DNA of 64,000 bases. Origin: Bacteroidales bacterium (GTDB lineage Bacteria; Bacteroidota; Bacteroidia; Bacteroidales; VadinHA17). A program made the position numbers and the translations under genes. Below, piece by piece: positions 18,050-28,109 of the stretch; positions within the stretch are counted from its first letter, which is position 1; each line of letters opens with the position of its first letter. The DNA lies in contig JBBRSO010000004.1 of the NCBI GenBank assembly GCA_038245405.1, positions 1,216 to 65,215 on the forward strand, written 5' to 3'. The notes under the pieces were generated by a model. It made no database searches. It was not told the origin of the DNA and saw nothing but the letters and a program-made list of their open reading frames with translations.

Positions 18050-20212
18050 CAGGAACTTTATTCTGACAAGTCTGATTTCTTCTTCTTCGAATTCGTTACC
18101 GAGTTCTTTGATGGCTTCCTCAAGAGAATCTGATTCCGCTTCTTCCCTGAAATAAGAATATATGTCGTGCTGACGTTCCTCGTCGATGGTGGAATCAATA
18201 TAATAATCGAGGTTAATACGAGTGCCTGAATTAACGATAGCCTCAATTTCCGAGACTAGCTCCGGCATCTCCAGTCCTTTAGCTTCGGCTATATCTTCGA
18301 GAGGTCTTTTCATGTCGATACTCTGAATTATGTAGACCTTTAAACCTGATTTATTGACAACAGATTTAACCACCATATCGAGTGGTCTGATGATCTCTTT
18401 CTCCTCAACATATCTTTTGATAATCTCAATGAATTCCTCACCATAACGCTGCGCCTTCCCTGCTCCCACACCTGAGATATTCTGAAGCTCATCAATTGTA
18501 ATAGGGTATTGAATTGCCATGTCTTCAAGAGACGGATCCTGGAAAATGACAAAAGGTGGCACATCCTTTATTTTCGAAAGTTTCTTTCTTAAATCCTTCA
18601 ATATGCTGAATAGTTCTTCATCTACAACAGCGGTTCTTGCCCCGAAAGCATTTTCCTCATCTGTTGTATCAGCATAATCGTGATCTTCTGCAAGCATGAA
18701 TGAAGTAGGATTTTCGAGAAACTCCATTCCTTTTGGAGTTAATTTAAGAAGACCGTAGTTCTCGATATCCTTTGTAAGGAATTTGGCAATCAGAGCTTGT
18801 CTGATAACCATATTCCAGAATTTTTCATCTTTATCTTCGCCTATTCCGAAATACTCAATTTTATGATGCTTGTATGATTTAATAGCAGATGTGACTTTAC
18901 CTGAGAGAATATTGGCAATATGATCTGCCTTAAATTTCTCTTTTACAGCAAGTATTGTTTCGAGAACGTTCACAACTGCCTCATTGCCTTCGAACTGAGC
19001 TTTAGGATGCAGACAGTTGTCGCAGGCTTCACAATTTTCATTCAGATATTCTTCTCCAAAATAGTGAAGAAGGAGCTTCCGCCTGCATACTGAAGACTCG
19101 GCGTAAGAAACGGTTTCCAAAAGCAGTTGTTTCCCGATCTCCTGTTCGGCTATGGGTTTTCCCTGCATGAACTTTTCAAGCTTCAGAATATCATTATAGC
19201 TATAGTACGCTATGCAATTCCCTTCCCCACCATCGCGTCCGGCCCGACCGGTCTCCTGGTAATATCCTTCCAGGCTCTTTGGTATGTCGTAATGTATTAC
19301 AAACCGTACATCGGGTTTGTCAATTCCCATCCCAAAGGCGATTGTTGCAACGATAATTTCTGCTTCTTCCATCAGGAATTTATCCTGATTCATGGTTCGC
19401 GTCGCAGAGTCCATCCCGGCGTGATACGGAAGAGCCTTAATTCCATTTACCTTAAGGACTTCAGCCATTTCCTCAACCTTCTTGCGGCTCAGACAATAAA
19501 TAATTCCTGATTTCCCGGGATTATTTTTTATATATTTTATGATCTCTTTTGTTACATCCTGTTTTGACTTTACCTCATAGTACAGGTTTGGTCTGTTGAA
19601 AGAAGACTTAAATACCTCGGCGTCGAGTATATTAAGATTTTTCAGTATGTCGTGCTGGACTTTTGGAGTAGCCGTAGCGGTAAGGGCAATAATGGGCGAT
19701 CTTCCAATCATATCAATAATCGGCCGTATACGCCGGTACTCAGGTCTGAAATCATGTCCCCACTCAGAAATACAGTGTGCCTCATCAATTGCATAAAATG
19801 AGATCTCTATATTTTTGAGGAATTCAATATTTTCCTCCTTTGTAAGAGATTCAGGTGCCACATACAACAGTTTTGCTTTTCCCGATAGTACATCCTTTTT
19901 TACACGGGCTATTTCGGTTTTAGTGAGTGATGAATTAAGAAAATGTGCAACATCATCATTAGTGCTGAAGTTTCGCATTGCATCAACCTGATTCTTCATT
20001 AATGCAATAAGAGGAGAGATAACAATAGCTATTCCGGTTTTCATCACAGCCGGCAGCTGATAACAAAGCGACTTCCCTCCTCCTGTAGGCATAAGCACAA
20101 AGGTATCGCGCCCGGCAAGTACATTACTTATTATATGTTCCTGATTACCCTTGAATGTATCAAACCCAAAATATTTTTTAAGGTAATCATGTATTGTAGA
20201 ATCGTTCAACAT
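18032..20212 (-). CDS. recQ: ATP-dependent DNA helicase RecQ
   Basis: 726 aa. PTGGGKSLCYQLP, DEAH box AIDEAHCISEWGHDFRP, the RecQ zinc Cys cluster (CRRKLLLHYFGE...CEACDNC), and RQC plus HRDC regions. Confidence 0.95.
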   Translation of the reverse strand: MLNDSTIHDYLKKYFGFDTFKGNQEHIISNVLAGRDTFVLMPTGGGKSLCYQLPAVMKTGIAIVISPLIALMKNQVDAMRNFSTNDDVAHFLNSSLTKTEIARVKKDVLSGKAKLLYVAPESLTKEENIEFLKNIEISFYAIDEAHCISEWGHDFRPEYRRIRPIIDMIGRSPIIALTATATPKVQHDILKNLNILDAEVFKSSFNRPNLYYEVKSKQDVTKEIIKYIKNNPGKSGIIYCLSRKKVEEMAEVLKVNGIKALPYHAGMDSATRTMNQDKFLMEEAEIIVATIAFGMGIDKPDVRFVIHYDIPKSLEGYYQETGRAGRDGGEGNCIAYYSYNDILKLEKFMQGKPIAEQEIGKQLLLETVSYAESSVCRRKLLLHYFGEEYLNENCEACDNCLHPKAQFEGNEAVVNVLETILAVKEKFKADHIANILSGKVTSAIKSYKHHKIEYFGIGEDKDEKFWNMVIRQALIAKFLTKDIENYGLLKLTPKGMEFLENPTSFMLAEDHDYADTTDEENAFGARTAVVDEELFSILKDLRKKLSKIKDVPPFVIFQDPSLEDMAIQYPITIDELQNISGVGAGKAQRYGEEFIEIIKRYVEEKEIIRPLDMVVKSVVNKSGLKVYIIQSIDMKRPLEDIAEAKGLEMPELVSEIEAIVNSGTRINLDYYIDSTIDEERQHDIYSYFREEAESDSLEEAIKELGNEFEEEEIRLVRIKFLSEMGN

Positions 20213-20558
20213 CTTCTTCCAAAATGATAAAATTAATCAACAAAGTAAAGTTCCTTGAAGAACTTCGATTTTACAGTTTATATAAAGTTAATAATTTTCT
20301 CAATCAATTAATAGTTTTAAGAATTAATTAACATAATTGGTTTTAAGTAAAATTTTTACTGCTTCCGGCATAATGCAAACATAAATAACCGGACATGTAA
20401 GTGACAGTCTTAACAACCAGAGAATACAAAAATTTATTCTATTTTTCAGGTATCTCCTTGCAATGTTTCCCAATAACAGGAAAAAGATAGTTATTGTTTT
20501 GCTTGAGAAGATTTATCATCTTTACAGCCTGAATTTCACAATACCTAATAAAGTTTAA

Positions 20559-21425
20559 ATGTCAATATTTGGGAAAAAAGGGAAGAATGGCGAAAAGGAG
20601 ATGTCATTTCTTCAACATCTTGAGGAATTAAGATGGCACATAATACGTTCTATTTTAGCTATAGTTGTTTTTATGATAATAGCTTTTATCTTCAAAAATA
20701 TTCTTTTCAACGATATTATACTGGGCCCCAAAAAGCCTGAGTTCATCACTAACAGGCTGCTTTGTGAGCTCGGACAATACCTTAACACCCCGGCTCTCTG
20801 CATCAACACCAAGCCGTTGAATCTCATCAGTATAAAAATGTCGGGACAGATTACTACTCATATTACTGCTGCAATGGTAGCGGGTATTATACTGGCATTT
20901 CCGGTTATACTCTGGGAGTTCTGGCAATTTTTCAAACCCGCTCTTAAAGCAACTGAAGCACGTTATGCTAAAGGTGCAGTAATGGCTGCTTCCGGTCTGT
21001 TTTTTATAGGTGTCTGTTTTGGATATTTTATGCTTGCACCTCTCTCAATTCACTTTCTCAGTTCATATGAAATTGACCCTTCGGTTGTAAACCAGATAAA
21101 TGTGAGATCCTATATTGGCACGCTAACCTCAATTTGTCTGGCGACAGGATTGGTATTTGAGCTGCCTATTGTGTCGTTCTTTCTTACCAAGATTGGCATA
21201 CTTACACCTAGTTTTATGAGGAAATACAGAAAGCATGCGATTGTGATCATATTCATTATTGCTGCCATTATCACTCCTCCGGATGTCTTTTCTCAAACTC
21301 TTGTAGCAATACCTCTTCTTATTCTGTATGAAATAAGTATTTTAATTTCTGCCGGTGTAATGAGGCAGAAAGACAAAGAACGTAAAGAATTTTTTGATGA
21401 GAAACCAGAAGCCGCAACTTCATAA
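20559..21425 (+). CDS. tatC: Twin-arginine translocase subunit TatC
   Basis: 288 aa. MSFLQHLEELRWHIIRS matches the conserved TatC N-terminus, followed by six predicted TM helices. Confidence 0.9.
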   Translation: MSIFGKKGKNGEKEMSFLQHLEELRWHIIRSILAIVVFMIIAFIFKNILFNDIILGPKKPEFITNRLLCELGQYLNTPALCINTKPLNLISIKMSGQITTHITAAMVAGIILAFPVILWEFWQFFKPALKATEARYAKGAVMAASGLFFIGVCFGYFMLAPLSIHFLSSYEIDPSVVNQINVRSYIGTLTSICLATGLVFELPIVSFFLTKIGILTPSFMRKYRKHAIVIIFIIAAIITPPDVFSQTLVAIPLLILYEISILISAGVMRQKDKERKEFFDEKPEAATS

Positions 21426-21432
21426 ATCATAA

Positions 21433-22158
21433 ATGAAACTGTATACAGAAAATCTGGTAAAAAAATATCGCAGCAGGACTGTTGTAGATCATGTCTCAGT
21501 GGAAGTTGAACAGGGCGAGATAGTTGGCTTACTCGGACCAAATGGTGCAGGAAAAACCACTACATTTTACATGATTGTTGGTCTGATCCGGCCACGTGAG
21601 GGGAAGATTTTTCTTGACAATGAGGATATCACAACTCTTCCCGTTTACAAAAGAGCAAGGAAAGGCATAGGCTATCTTGCACAGGAAGCTTCAGTTTTCA
21701 GAAATATGTCGGTTGAAGATAATATCAGGGCGGTACTCGAAATGTCGGGTCTTCCAAAACCGGAACAGGAAGAACGACTCGAAACGCTGCTCGGAGAATT
21801 TGGTTTGCACAAGATCAGGACAAGCAAAGGGATCCAGCTCTCCGGTGGTGAGAGACGGCGTACTGAAATAGCGCGTGCCCTTGCTCTCAAACCAAAATTC
21901 ATTTTACTTGACGAGCCATTTGCTGGCGTCGACCCGATAGCTGTGGAAGACATCCAGGAAATTGTATCAAAACTCAGAGAAAAAAATATAGGTATACTTA
22001 TTACCGATCATAACGTTCACGAGACCCTCACAATCACCGATAGGGCTTATCTTCTTTTCGAAGGCAGGATACTAAAATCAGGCACTTCAGCACAATTAGC
22101 CGATGATGAGCACGTAAGAAAAGTCTATCTCGGAAAAAACTTTGAATTGCGCAGGTAG
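21433..22158 (+). CDS. lptB: LPS export ABC transporter ATP-binding protein LptB
   Basis: 241 aa. [24 protein letters not shown], and an LptB-typical C-terminus ([10 protein letters not shown]). Confidence 0.9.
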   Translation: MKLYTENLVKKYRSRTVVDHVSVEVEQGEIVGLLGPNGAGKTTTFYMIVGLIRPREGKIFLDNEDITTLPVYKRARKGIGYLAQEASVFRNMSVEDNIRAVLEMSGLPKPEQEERLETLLGEFGLHKIRTSKGIQLSGGERRRTEIARALALKPKFILLDEPFAGVDPIAVEDIQEIVSKLREKNIGILITDHNVHETLTITDRAYLLFEGRILKSGTSAQLADDEHVRKVYLGKNFELRR

Positions 22159-22166
22159 ATAATCAA

Positions 22167-22197
22167 TTTGTTTTCATGATAAATTATTATACTTTTG
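22167..22197 (+). promoter_or_regulatory. Candidate Bacteroidota promoter for tRNA-Leu (-33 TTTG, -7 TACTTTTG)
   Basis: TTTG at 22167-70, a 19-nt spacer, then a TAnnTTTG match at 22190-97. The tRNA 5' end is 15 nt downstream. Confidence 0.6.
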
Positions 22198-22211
22198 CGG
22201 GGAATTTTACC

Positions 22212-22294
22212 GCGGATGTGTCGTAATTGGTAGCCGAGCAAGACTTAGGATCTTGTGTCTTCGTGACGTGGGGGTTCGAGTCCCTTCATCCGCA
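22212..22294 (+). tRNA. tRNA-Leu (anticodon TAG)
   Basis: Acceptor GCGGATG/CATCCGC. Anticodon stem CAAGA/TCTTG with loop CTTAGGA. Long variable arm (GTC-TTCGT-GAC). T-loop TTCGAGT. No encoded CCA. Confidence 0.85.
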
Positions 22295-22305
22295 CAATAT
22301 GTGTC

Positions 22306-22350
22306 AAACCGCCCGTAACCTCTTTCAAAGTGCGTTTTGGCGGTTTTTTT
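22306..22350 (+). terminator. Rho-independent terminator after tRNA-Leu
   Basis: AAACCGCC ... GGCGGTTT stem followed by TTTTTTT. Confidence 0.7.
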
Positions 22351-22377
22351 AACCAAGGCAATAAACAAAATAATAAC

Positions 22378-23730
22378 ATGAACATTACAAGAGAAAACAT
22401 CGACGATCTCAATGCACTGCTAAAGGTGAATATCGTTAAAAACGATTATGAGGAGAAAGTAGAAACAGTATTAAAAGATCACAGGAAGAAAGCAACAATA
22501 AAAGGATTTCGTCCCGGTATGGTGCCAATTGGACTCATCAGGAAAATGTATGGCAGAGCTGTGGAGATCGACGAAATTAATAAAGTAGTTACAGAAAGCA
22601 TCCAGAAATATATCACCGATGAGAAAATTGAAATCCTCGGAGATCCTCTTCCAAAAGCAGACGAGAAGGAGATAATCGATTTCGACACTCAGGATGATTT
22701 TACTTTTACCTTCGAACTTGGACTCAGCCCTGTTGTGGATCTCAAGTTATCCAAAAAGAATAAAGTTCATGAATATGAGATCATCATCGACGAAAAGATG
22801 AAGAACGATTATCTACAGAACTATACCCGTCGTTACGGTGAATTAAGGAAAGCTGAATCAACCGAAGATAAAGACGTAATTAAAGGAAAAATAGAAGCGG
22901 TTGATAATGAAGGCAATATAATGCCTGAGGGTCCATCTGTTGATGAAACTTCAATTGGCATTGATATCATTAAAGACGATAATATTAAAAAGGAATTTTT
23001 AGGAAAAGGCCTTAACGATACAGTTGATTTCGACATTAAGACGGCATTCCCCAATGATACTGAGATTGCCGGTATTCTACACAAGAAAAAAGAAGAGGTT
23101 ACTGATCTGTGGCCAAAATATCGTTTTACAATTTCCGACATTAGCCGTTTCTTCCCGGCTGAAACCGGACAAGAGCTATACGACAAGATCTTTGGAGAAG
23201 GTGTTATAAGTTCGGAAGAAGAATTCATGAAAAAAATAGAGGAAGAGATAGCTGTCAATCTGAAACGCGAAAGCGATTACAGGGTAATGACAGATATCAA
23301 AGAAATGGCCATGGAAAAAATTGAGTTCCATCTCCCTGAAGAATTTTTAAAAAGATGGTTGCTAAGGGTAAATGAAAAAACTACCGTGGAACAGATCGAA
23401 AAAGAGTTCGACAGTTTCAGAAAAGACCTTAAGTGGCAGCTCATCAGAAATAAAGTGGCCCGTGATAATGAAGTGAAAATCAGCGATGAAGAATTACAAA
23501 AAGAGGCTGAAAGTATTACCAGGTATCAGTTCCAGCAGTACGGTCTGTATTATGCAACCGACGATCAGATTGCAAATTATGCGAAAGAAACACTGAAAAG
23601 AGAAGAAGATGCCAAGAGAATAGCAGAAAAGATACTCGAGGAAAAGGTGATCCTTCTGATGAAAGAAATGATAAAGCTTGAACCTAAGAGCATTACAGTG
23701 GAAGATTTCAATAAGCTGTTTGAGCAGTAG
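22378..23730 (+). CDS. tig: Trigger factor
   Basis: The track ORF starts at 22330 inside the terminator. The likely start is MNITRENIDDLNALLKV at 22378. The ribosome-binding signature GFRPGMVP is present; about 450 aa. Confidence 0.85.
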   Translation: MNITRENIDDLNALLKVNIVKNDYEEKVETVLKDHRKKATIKGFRPGMVPIGLIRKMYGRAVEIDEINKVVTESIQKYITDEKIEILGDPLPKADEKEIIDFDTQDDFTFTFELGLSPVVDLKLSKKNKVHEYEIIIDEKMKNDYLQNYTRRYGELRKAESTEDKDVIKGKIEAVDNEGNIMPEGPSVDETSIGIDIIKDDNIKKEFLGKGLNDTVDFDIKTAFPNDTEIAGILHKKKEEVTDLWPKYRFTISDISRFFPAETGQELYDKIFGEGVISSEEEFMKKIEEEIAVNLKRESDYRVMTDIKEMAMEKIEFHLPEEFLKRWLLRVNEKTTVEQIEKEFDSFRKDLKWQLIRNKVARDNEVKISDEELQKEAESITRYQFQQYGLYYATDDQIANYAKETLKREEDAKRIAEKILEEKVILLMKEMIKLEPKSITVEDFNKLFEQ

Positions 23731-23764
23731 TTAACATCTTCAGAAAGATTAATTTTTATTTTAT

Positions 23765-23772
23765 TATCTTTG
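23765..23772 (+). promoter_or_regulatory. Candidate -7 box TATCTTTG upstream of clpP
   Basis: Exact TAnnTTTG match 15 nt upstream of ATG 23787. Confidence 0.45.
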
Positions 23773-23786
23773 CATGTTAATTATTA

Positions 23787-24476
23787 ATGCTAAAAAATAT
23801 GAATATTCTAGACGATTTTGGAAAGTTCGCAAGGAGTAAACGTGGAATAAGCAGCATGAGCTTACACAAATACACTTCGGTTTCCAACAGTTATATTTCC
23901 CCAACTATTATTGAAGAACGCCAGTTAAATGTTGCTTCAATGGATGTTTTTTCGCGTCTGATGATGGACAGGATCATTTTTCTTGGCTTGCCCATCGACG
24001 ACTACGTTGCAAACATTGTGCAGGCCCAGTTATTATACCTCGATTCTGCAGATCCTACAAAAGATATACAGATATATTTAAACACACCCGGTGGAGGTGT
24101 AAATGCCGGTCTTGGCATTTACGATACGATGCAATGGATCTCTGCTGATATAGCTACTATTTGCACCGGAATGGCAGCCTCAATGGGAGCTGTTCTTCTT
24201 ACAGCGGGTAAAAAAGGCAAGAGATCGGCTCTCAAACACTCGAGGATAATGATACACCAACCAATGGGAGGAGCAGAAGGTGTTGCTTCGGATATAGAAA
24301 TTACTGTACGTGAGATTGTGAAACTCAAAAAAGAACTTTACGAAATAATTGCCTTGCATACAGGTAATACGGTAGAGAAGGTTGAGAAAGATTCTGACAG
24401 GGATTACTGGATGACATCTCTGGAAGCCAAAGAGTACGGTATGATCGATGAGATTCTTCAGAAAGCTGATAAATAA
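23787..24476 (+). CDS. clpP: ATP-dependent Clp protease proteolytic subunit
   Basis: 229 aa. GMAASMGAVLL (catalytic Ser) and MIHQP (catalytic His). Confidence 0.95.
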   Translation: MLKNMNILDDFGKFARSKRGISSMSLHKYTSVSNSYISPTIIEERQLNVASMDVFSRLMMDRIIFLGLPIDDYVANIVQAQLLYLDSADPTKDIQIYLNTPGGGVNAGLGIYDTMQWISADIATICTGMAASMGAVLLTAGKKGKRSALKHSRIMIHQPMGGAEGVASDIEITVREIVKLKKELYEIIALHTGNTVEKVEKDSDRDYWMTSLEAKEYGMIDEILQKADK

Positions 24477-24483
24477 TTAGTGG

Positions 24484-25698
24484 ATGGATAAATGTTCATT
24501 TTGCGGTAGAACAAAAAAGGAAGCCAATATGCTGATTGCAGGTCTCGAGGGACATATCTGCGACCATTGCATAGAACAGGCTCATAGCATCATGAACGAG
24601 GAGATGAGTGTTAAAAAAAATGTAAAGTTTGATACAATTAATTTACTCAAACCTGCAGAAATAAAGCATTTCCTCGACCAGTATGTTATAGGGCAGGACA
24701 TGGCCAAGAAAATTATTTCAGTAGCTGTTTACAATCATTACAAAAGGCTGATGCAAAAGGCCGATGCTGATGACATTGAGATTGAAAAATCAAATATCAT
24801 ACTGGTTGGTGAAACAGGTACAGGTAAAACATTGCTCGCCAGAACGGTGGCAAAGATGCTTCATGTACCCTTTACAATTGTAGATGCTACCGTACTTACA
24901 GAAGCCGGTTATGTTGGTGAGGATATCGAAAGTCTCCTCACACGGCTTCTCCAGAATGCCGATTACGATGTAAAGGCAGCTGAAAAAGGAATTGTTTTTA
25001 TAGATGAGATCGATAAAATTGCCAGAAAAGGCGACAATCCGTCCATAACACGCGATGTATCAGGCGAAGGTGTACAACAGGGACTTCTTAAACTGCTTGA
25101 GGGCTCTATCGTGAACGTCCCCCCACAGGGAGGAAGAAAGCATCCTGAACAGAAAATGATACCTGTTGATACAAAAAATATCCTCTTTATATGCGGTGGT
25201 GCATTTGAAGGCATTGACAAGAAAATTGCGCAGCGTCTAAATACCCAGGTAGTTGGTTACGGAGCATCTAAAGCCCGCGATAGGATAGATAAAAATAATT
25301 TGCTGCAATATATTGCCCCACAGGATCTGAGATCTTTTGGTCTTATTCCTGAGATTATCGGACGACTTCCTGTTCTTACTCATCTTAATCCTCTCGACAG
25401 GGATGCTTTGAGAGAAATACTAACAGAACCTAAGAATGCTCTGATAAAACAGTACATCAAATTATTCAAGATGGATAATATTGAACTCTCTTTCGCCGAT
25501 GGTGTTCTTGAATATATTGTTGATAAGGCTATTGAGTTCAAACTAGGCGCCCGCGGTTTAAGATCCATCTGCGAGACAATTATGCTGGATGCAATGTTCG
25601 AGATGCCTTCAGTGGCGACGAATGAGCTGGAAATAACAATCGACTACGCAACACATAAGCTTGAGCACGTAAACCTGAAAGTTCTCAAGGCATCATAA
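24484..25698 (+). CDS. clpX: ATP-dependent Clp protease ATP-binding subunit ClpX
   Basis: 404 aa. N-terminal zinc ribbon CSFCGR...CDHC and Walker A GETGTGKT. Confidence 0.95.
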   Translation: MDKCSFCGRTKKEANMLIAGLEGHICDHCIEQAHSIMNEEMSVKKNVKFDTINLLKPAEIKHFLDQYVIGQDMAKKIISVAVYNHYKRLMQKADADDIEIEKSNIILVGETGTGKTLLARTVAKMLHVPFTIVDATVLTEAGYVGEDIESLLTRLLQNADYDVKAAEKGIVFIDEIDKIARKGDNPSITRDVSGEGVQQGLLKLLEGSIVNVPPQGGRKHPEQKMIPVDTKNILFICGGAFEGIDKKIAQRLNTQVVGYGASKARDRIDKNNLLQYIAPQDLRSFGLIPEIIGRLPVLTHLNPLDRDALREILTEPKNALIKQYIKLFKMDNIELSFADGVLEYIVDKAIEFKLGARGLRSICETIMLDAMFEMPSVATNELEITIDYATHKLEHVNLKVLKAS

Positions 25699-25700
25699 AA

Positions 25701-25788
25701 AGGTTGAGGTTAAGGTTAAGGTTAAGAAATCCTCAACCTCAACCTCAACCTCAACCTCAACCTCAACCTCAACCTCAACCTCAACCTT
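25701..25788. repeat. Asymmetric hexamer palindrome: 4 units of GGTTGA/GGTTAA, loop AAAT, then 9 perfect units of CTCAAC
   Basis: Read directly from the sequence (CTCAAC x9 at 25732-25785). It lies between the convergent clpX stop (25698) and lipoprotein stop (25793). The unit family matches 11171-11229. Confidence 0.9.
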
Positions 25789-25792
25789 ACTT

Positions 25793-26668
25793 CTACCTGT
25801 TCCAGAAATTTCTGTGTTTATTCTTCAGAAGTATCTCTTTTGATTCATCTCCTCTTGTAACTACTGCTTTTGCATCACAGTTGCCCGTTCCATAATCTAT
25901 CTGAACCGGTAGTGCGTCATCTCTTTCAATCTTAACTACTCCGCTTACGAGAAATCTGCAAGCCCTGGTCCAATGTAAAGCAGTCAGTATAGTGCTTGTA
26001 TATGAAACATCATCGATGTTTTTACCGGCAGCGCTTCCGGTTATCAGGCACTCATCATCCCAGATACTTTTTGTATTGAGTCCTGCAGTCCATTCTCTCA
26101 GATGGTCAGCAGTTCTTTCTATTGTTGAGCCGTCTGGAAGGGTAAGAACACCATTTGTCAGTTTTACTGATATAATCAGATTCTGATTACTGTTATATCC
26201 TTTGTTTTCAAGAACCTTTGTTCCTTCTACTTTTATTCCATTGAAATAGTAATTGTCAAAGGTTATAGTTCTTTTCGATCCGACTTCCAGGCGGGAAGCA
26301 GTTACATCGATAATTATTTTCCCCGACCGTGTATTGTCATTCATTCCCACACATGATGTTCCATAATCTATCGTAACTTTCTTTGGCCAGGGATTTGAAG
26401 TTGGCCGTAGAATTGTTATCACAGGGCAGGAATCTGATAAAACTGTTTCAGATTTAGCATCGAGGCTCTTTCCCAACTGATCGAGAATTATTGTAGCATT
26501 ATCGGCGCTACTGAAGACGTCTTCAAAAACCACATCTGCCACAGCATCATCATCTGCCATGTTAACACTTTTGTCGTCGATAGTAGAAATTGAAGAAGAA
26601 TCTTTTTTACATGATGAAAAAGAAAAAATCGCCATTGCAGCTATCATCATTAATACTTTTGTTTTCAT
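25793..26668 (-). CDS. Hypothetical lipoprotein
   Basis: Track ORF 25793..26728. The likely start is MKTKVLMMIAAMAIFSFSSC at 26668 (signal peptide plus lipobox). Confidence 0.7.
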   Translation of the reverse strand: MKTKVLMMIAAMAIFSFSSCKKDSSSISTIDDKSVNMADDDAVADVVFEDVFSSADNATIILDQLGKSLDAKSETVLSDSCPVITILRPTSNPWPKKVTIDYGTSCVGMNDNTRSGKIIIDVTASRLEVGSKRTITFDNYYFNGIKVEGTKVLENKGYNSNQNLIISVKLTNGVLTLPDGSTIERTADHLREWTAGLNTKSIWDDECLITGSAAGKNIDDVSYTSTILTALHWTRACRFLVSGVVKIERDDALPVQIDYGTGNCDAKAVVTRGDESKEILLKNKHRNFWNR

Positions 26669-26761
26669 AAGGTCTGTATTTAAATTTTTAATTCCGATTA
26701 ACAGATCTTTAGATGAAAGGAAAATCAAAAGGTTTAATGGAAGAAGAAAAGAATATTTAAT

Positions 26762-26810
26762 CTTTGTGTGCTTTGTTTAATCCTTTGTGTCCTTTGTGGT
26801 TAATGGCTTT
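26762..26810. repeat. Four same-orientation CTTTGT(G) units ending in CTTTGTGGTTAATGG, directly after the folA stop
   Basis: Units start at 26762, 26771, 26783 and 26792. The terminal 15-mer is identical to 16454-16468. Confidence 0.8.
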
Positions 26811-26811
26811 C

Positions 26812-27291
26812 TTATTTTCTACCATAGACAGTATAAGTATATGGGATCCCCTCATCTGACAGAAATTCTTCATCTTCAGTCACCTTCCATATTTTCAGAT
26901 CTATCTCAGGAAAATAAATATCGGCAGGAGCATTTTTATGCACATGTGTAATGTATAACCGGTCTGCAAGTGGCATGAACTGACGGTAAACGCTGCCTCC
27001 GCCTATAATAAATATCTCTTCTTCGGGGGAGCACTTACTGAGAGCATTCTCAATCGAGTAACATGTGATTGCATTTTCAATATTATCTTTGGGATTATCG
27101 GTGAGAACAATGTTTTTTCTTCCCGGAAGCGGCCTCCTTGGCAACGATTCCCAGGTCTTCTTACCCATCACCACAGTATTTCCTGTAGTGAGTCTTTTAA
27201 ATCTCTTAAGATCTTCAGAAATATGCCATAGCAACTCATTATCCTTTCCAATACCCCAATCCTCAGAAACAGCAACAATAATTGAAATCAT
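26812..27291 (-). CDS. folA: Dihydrofolate reductase
   Basis: 159 aa. MISIIVAVSEDWGIGKDNELLWH and VMGKKTWESLP motifs. Confidence 0.92.
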   Translation of the reverse strand: MISIIVAVSEDWGIGKDNELLWHISEDLKRFKRLTTGNTVVMGKKTWESLPRRPLPGRKNIVLTDNPKDNIENAITCYSIENALSKCSPEEEIFIIGGGSVYRQFMPLADRLYITHVHKNAPADIYFPEIDLKIWKVTEDEEFLSDEGIPYTYTVYGRK

Positions 27292-27301
27292 ATCTTAGTT
27301 T

Positions 27302-28096
27302 TTATACAGCAATATCACCCTTTATATGAGGATGAGAAACATAATCACTTAGAGCAAAATCTTCATACCTGAATCTTAGAATATCAGTTACTGCAGTATT
27401 CAAAGTCATCTTGGGAAGCTTGTATGGTTCACGTGTAAGCTGTAGCTTAACCTGATCAATATGATTCAGATAGATATGAGCATCGCCCAGTGTATGGACA
27501 AAATCTCCCGGCTCTAATCCGGTCACCTGGGCCACCATCAAAGTGAGCAGGGCATACGATGCGATATTAAAGGGGACCCCAATAAAAATATCGGCACTCC
27601 GCTGATAAAGCTGACATGATAACTTTCCTCCGGCGACATAAAACTGGAATAATATGTGACATGGAGGTAGAGCCATCTTATCAAGTTCCCCAACATTCCA
27701 TGCACTCACAATATGTCTTCGCGAATCGGGTGATTTCATGATTGATGCTATCACATTCTGCAACTGATCTATTTTTCGGCCTTTTCCATCGGGCCAGGAA
27801 CGCCACTGGTAACCATATATTGGTCCGAGATTCCCATCCTTATCTGCCCATTCATTCCAGATTTTTACACCGTTATCTGTTAAATAACGGGTGTTTGTAT
27901 CCCCCGCTATAAACCATAGTAATTCGTGTATTATCGACTTAAGGTGGAGTTTCTTTGTTGTAAGCACAGGAAATCCTTCTTCAAGATTAAATCGCATCTG
28001 GTAGCCAAACACGCTGATAGTACCGGTGCCGGTTCTGTCTTTTTTTTCAGCACCCGTTTTGAGCACATGATCAAGCAGGTCGAGATATTGGTTCAT
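27302..28096 (-). CDS. thyA: Thymidylate synthase (ThyA type)
   Basis: The track ORF extends to 28144. The conserved N-terminus [26 protein letters not shown] starts at 28096. Catalytic Cys context [13 protein letters not shown]; 264 aa. Confidence 0.95.
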   Translation of the reverse strand: MNQYLDLLDHVLKTGAEKKDRTGTGTISVFGYQMRFNLEEGFPVLTTKKLHLKSIIHELLWFIAGDTNTRYLTDNGVKIWNEWADKDGNLGPIYGYQWRSWPDGKGRKIDQLQNVIASIMKSPDSRRHIVSAWNVGELDKMALPPCHILFQFYVAGGKLSCQLYQRSADIFIGVPFNIASYALLTLMVAQVTGLEPGDFVHTLGDAHIYLNHIDQVKLQLTREPYKLPKMTLNTAVTDILRFRYEDFALSDYVSHPHIKGDIAV

Positions 28097-28109
28097 TTTT
28101 ATAATAATA

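Noticed and set aside
20213-20558. 345-bp gap upstream of tatC, checked for a small tatA gene or an ncRNA
   Set aside because: No ORF with a TatA-like N-terminal TM helix (LLIILVIVLLLFG type) appears in any frame. I saw no convincing stems, so it is probably just divergent recQ/tatC promoter DNA.
25704-25895. Track ORF encoding MRLRLRLRNPQPQPQPQPQPQPQPQPQP...
   Set aside because: It is simply the translation of the GGTTAA/CTCAAC hexamer array and starts at TTG. It overlaps the 3' end of a well-supported convergent lipoprotein gene, so there is no independent coding evidence.
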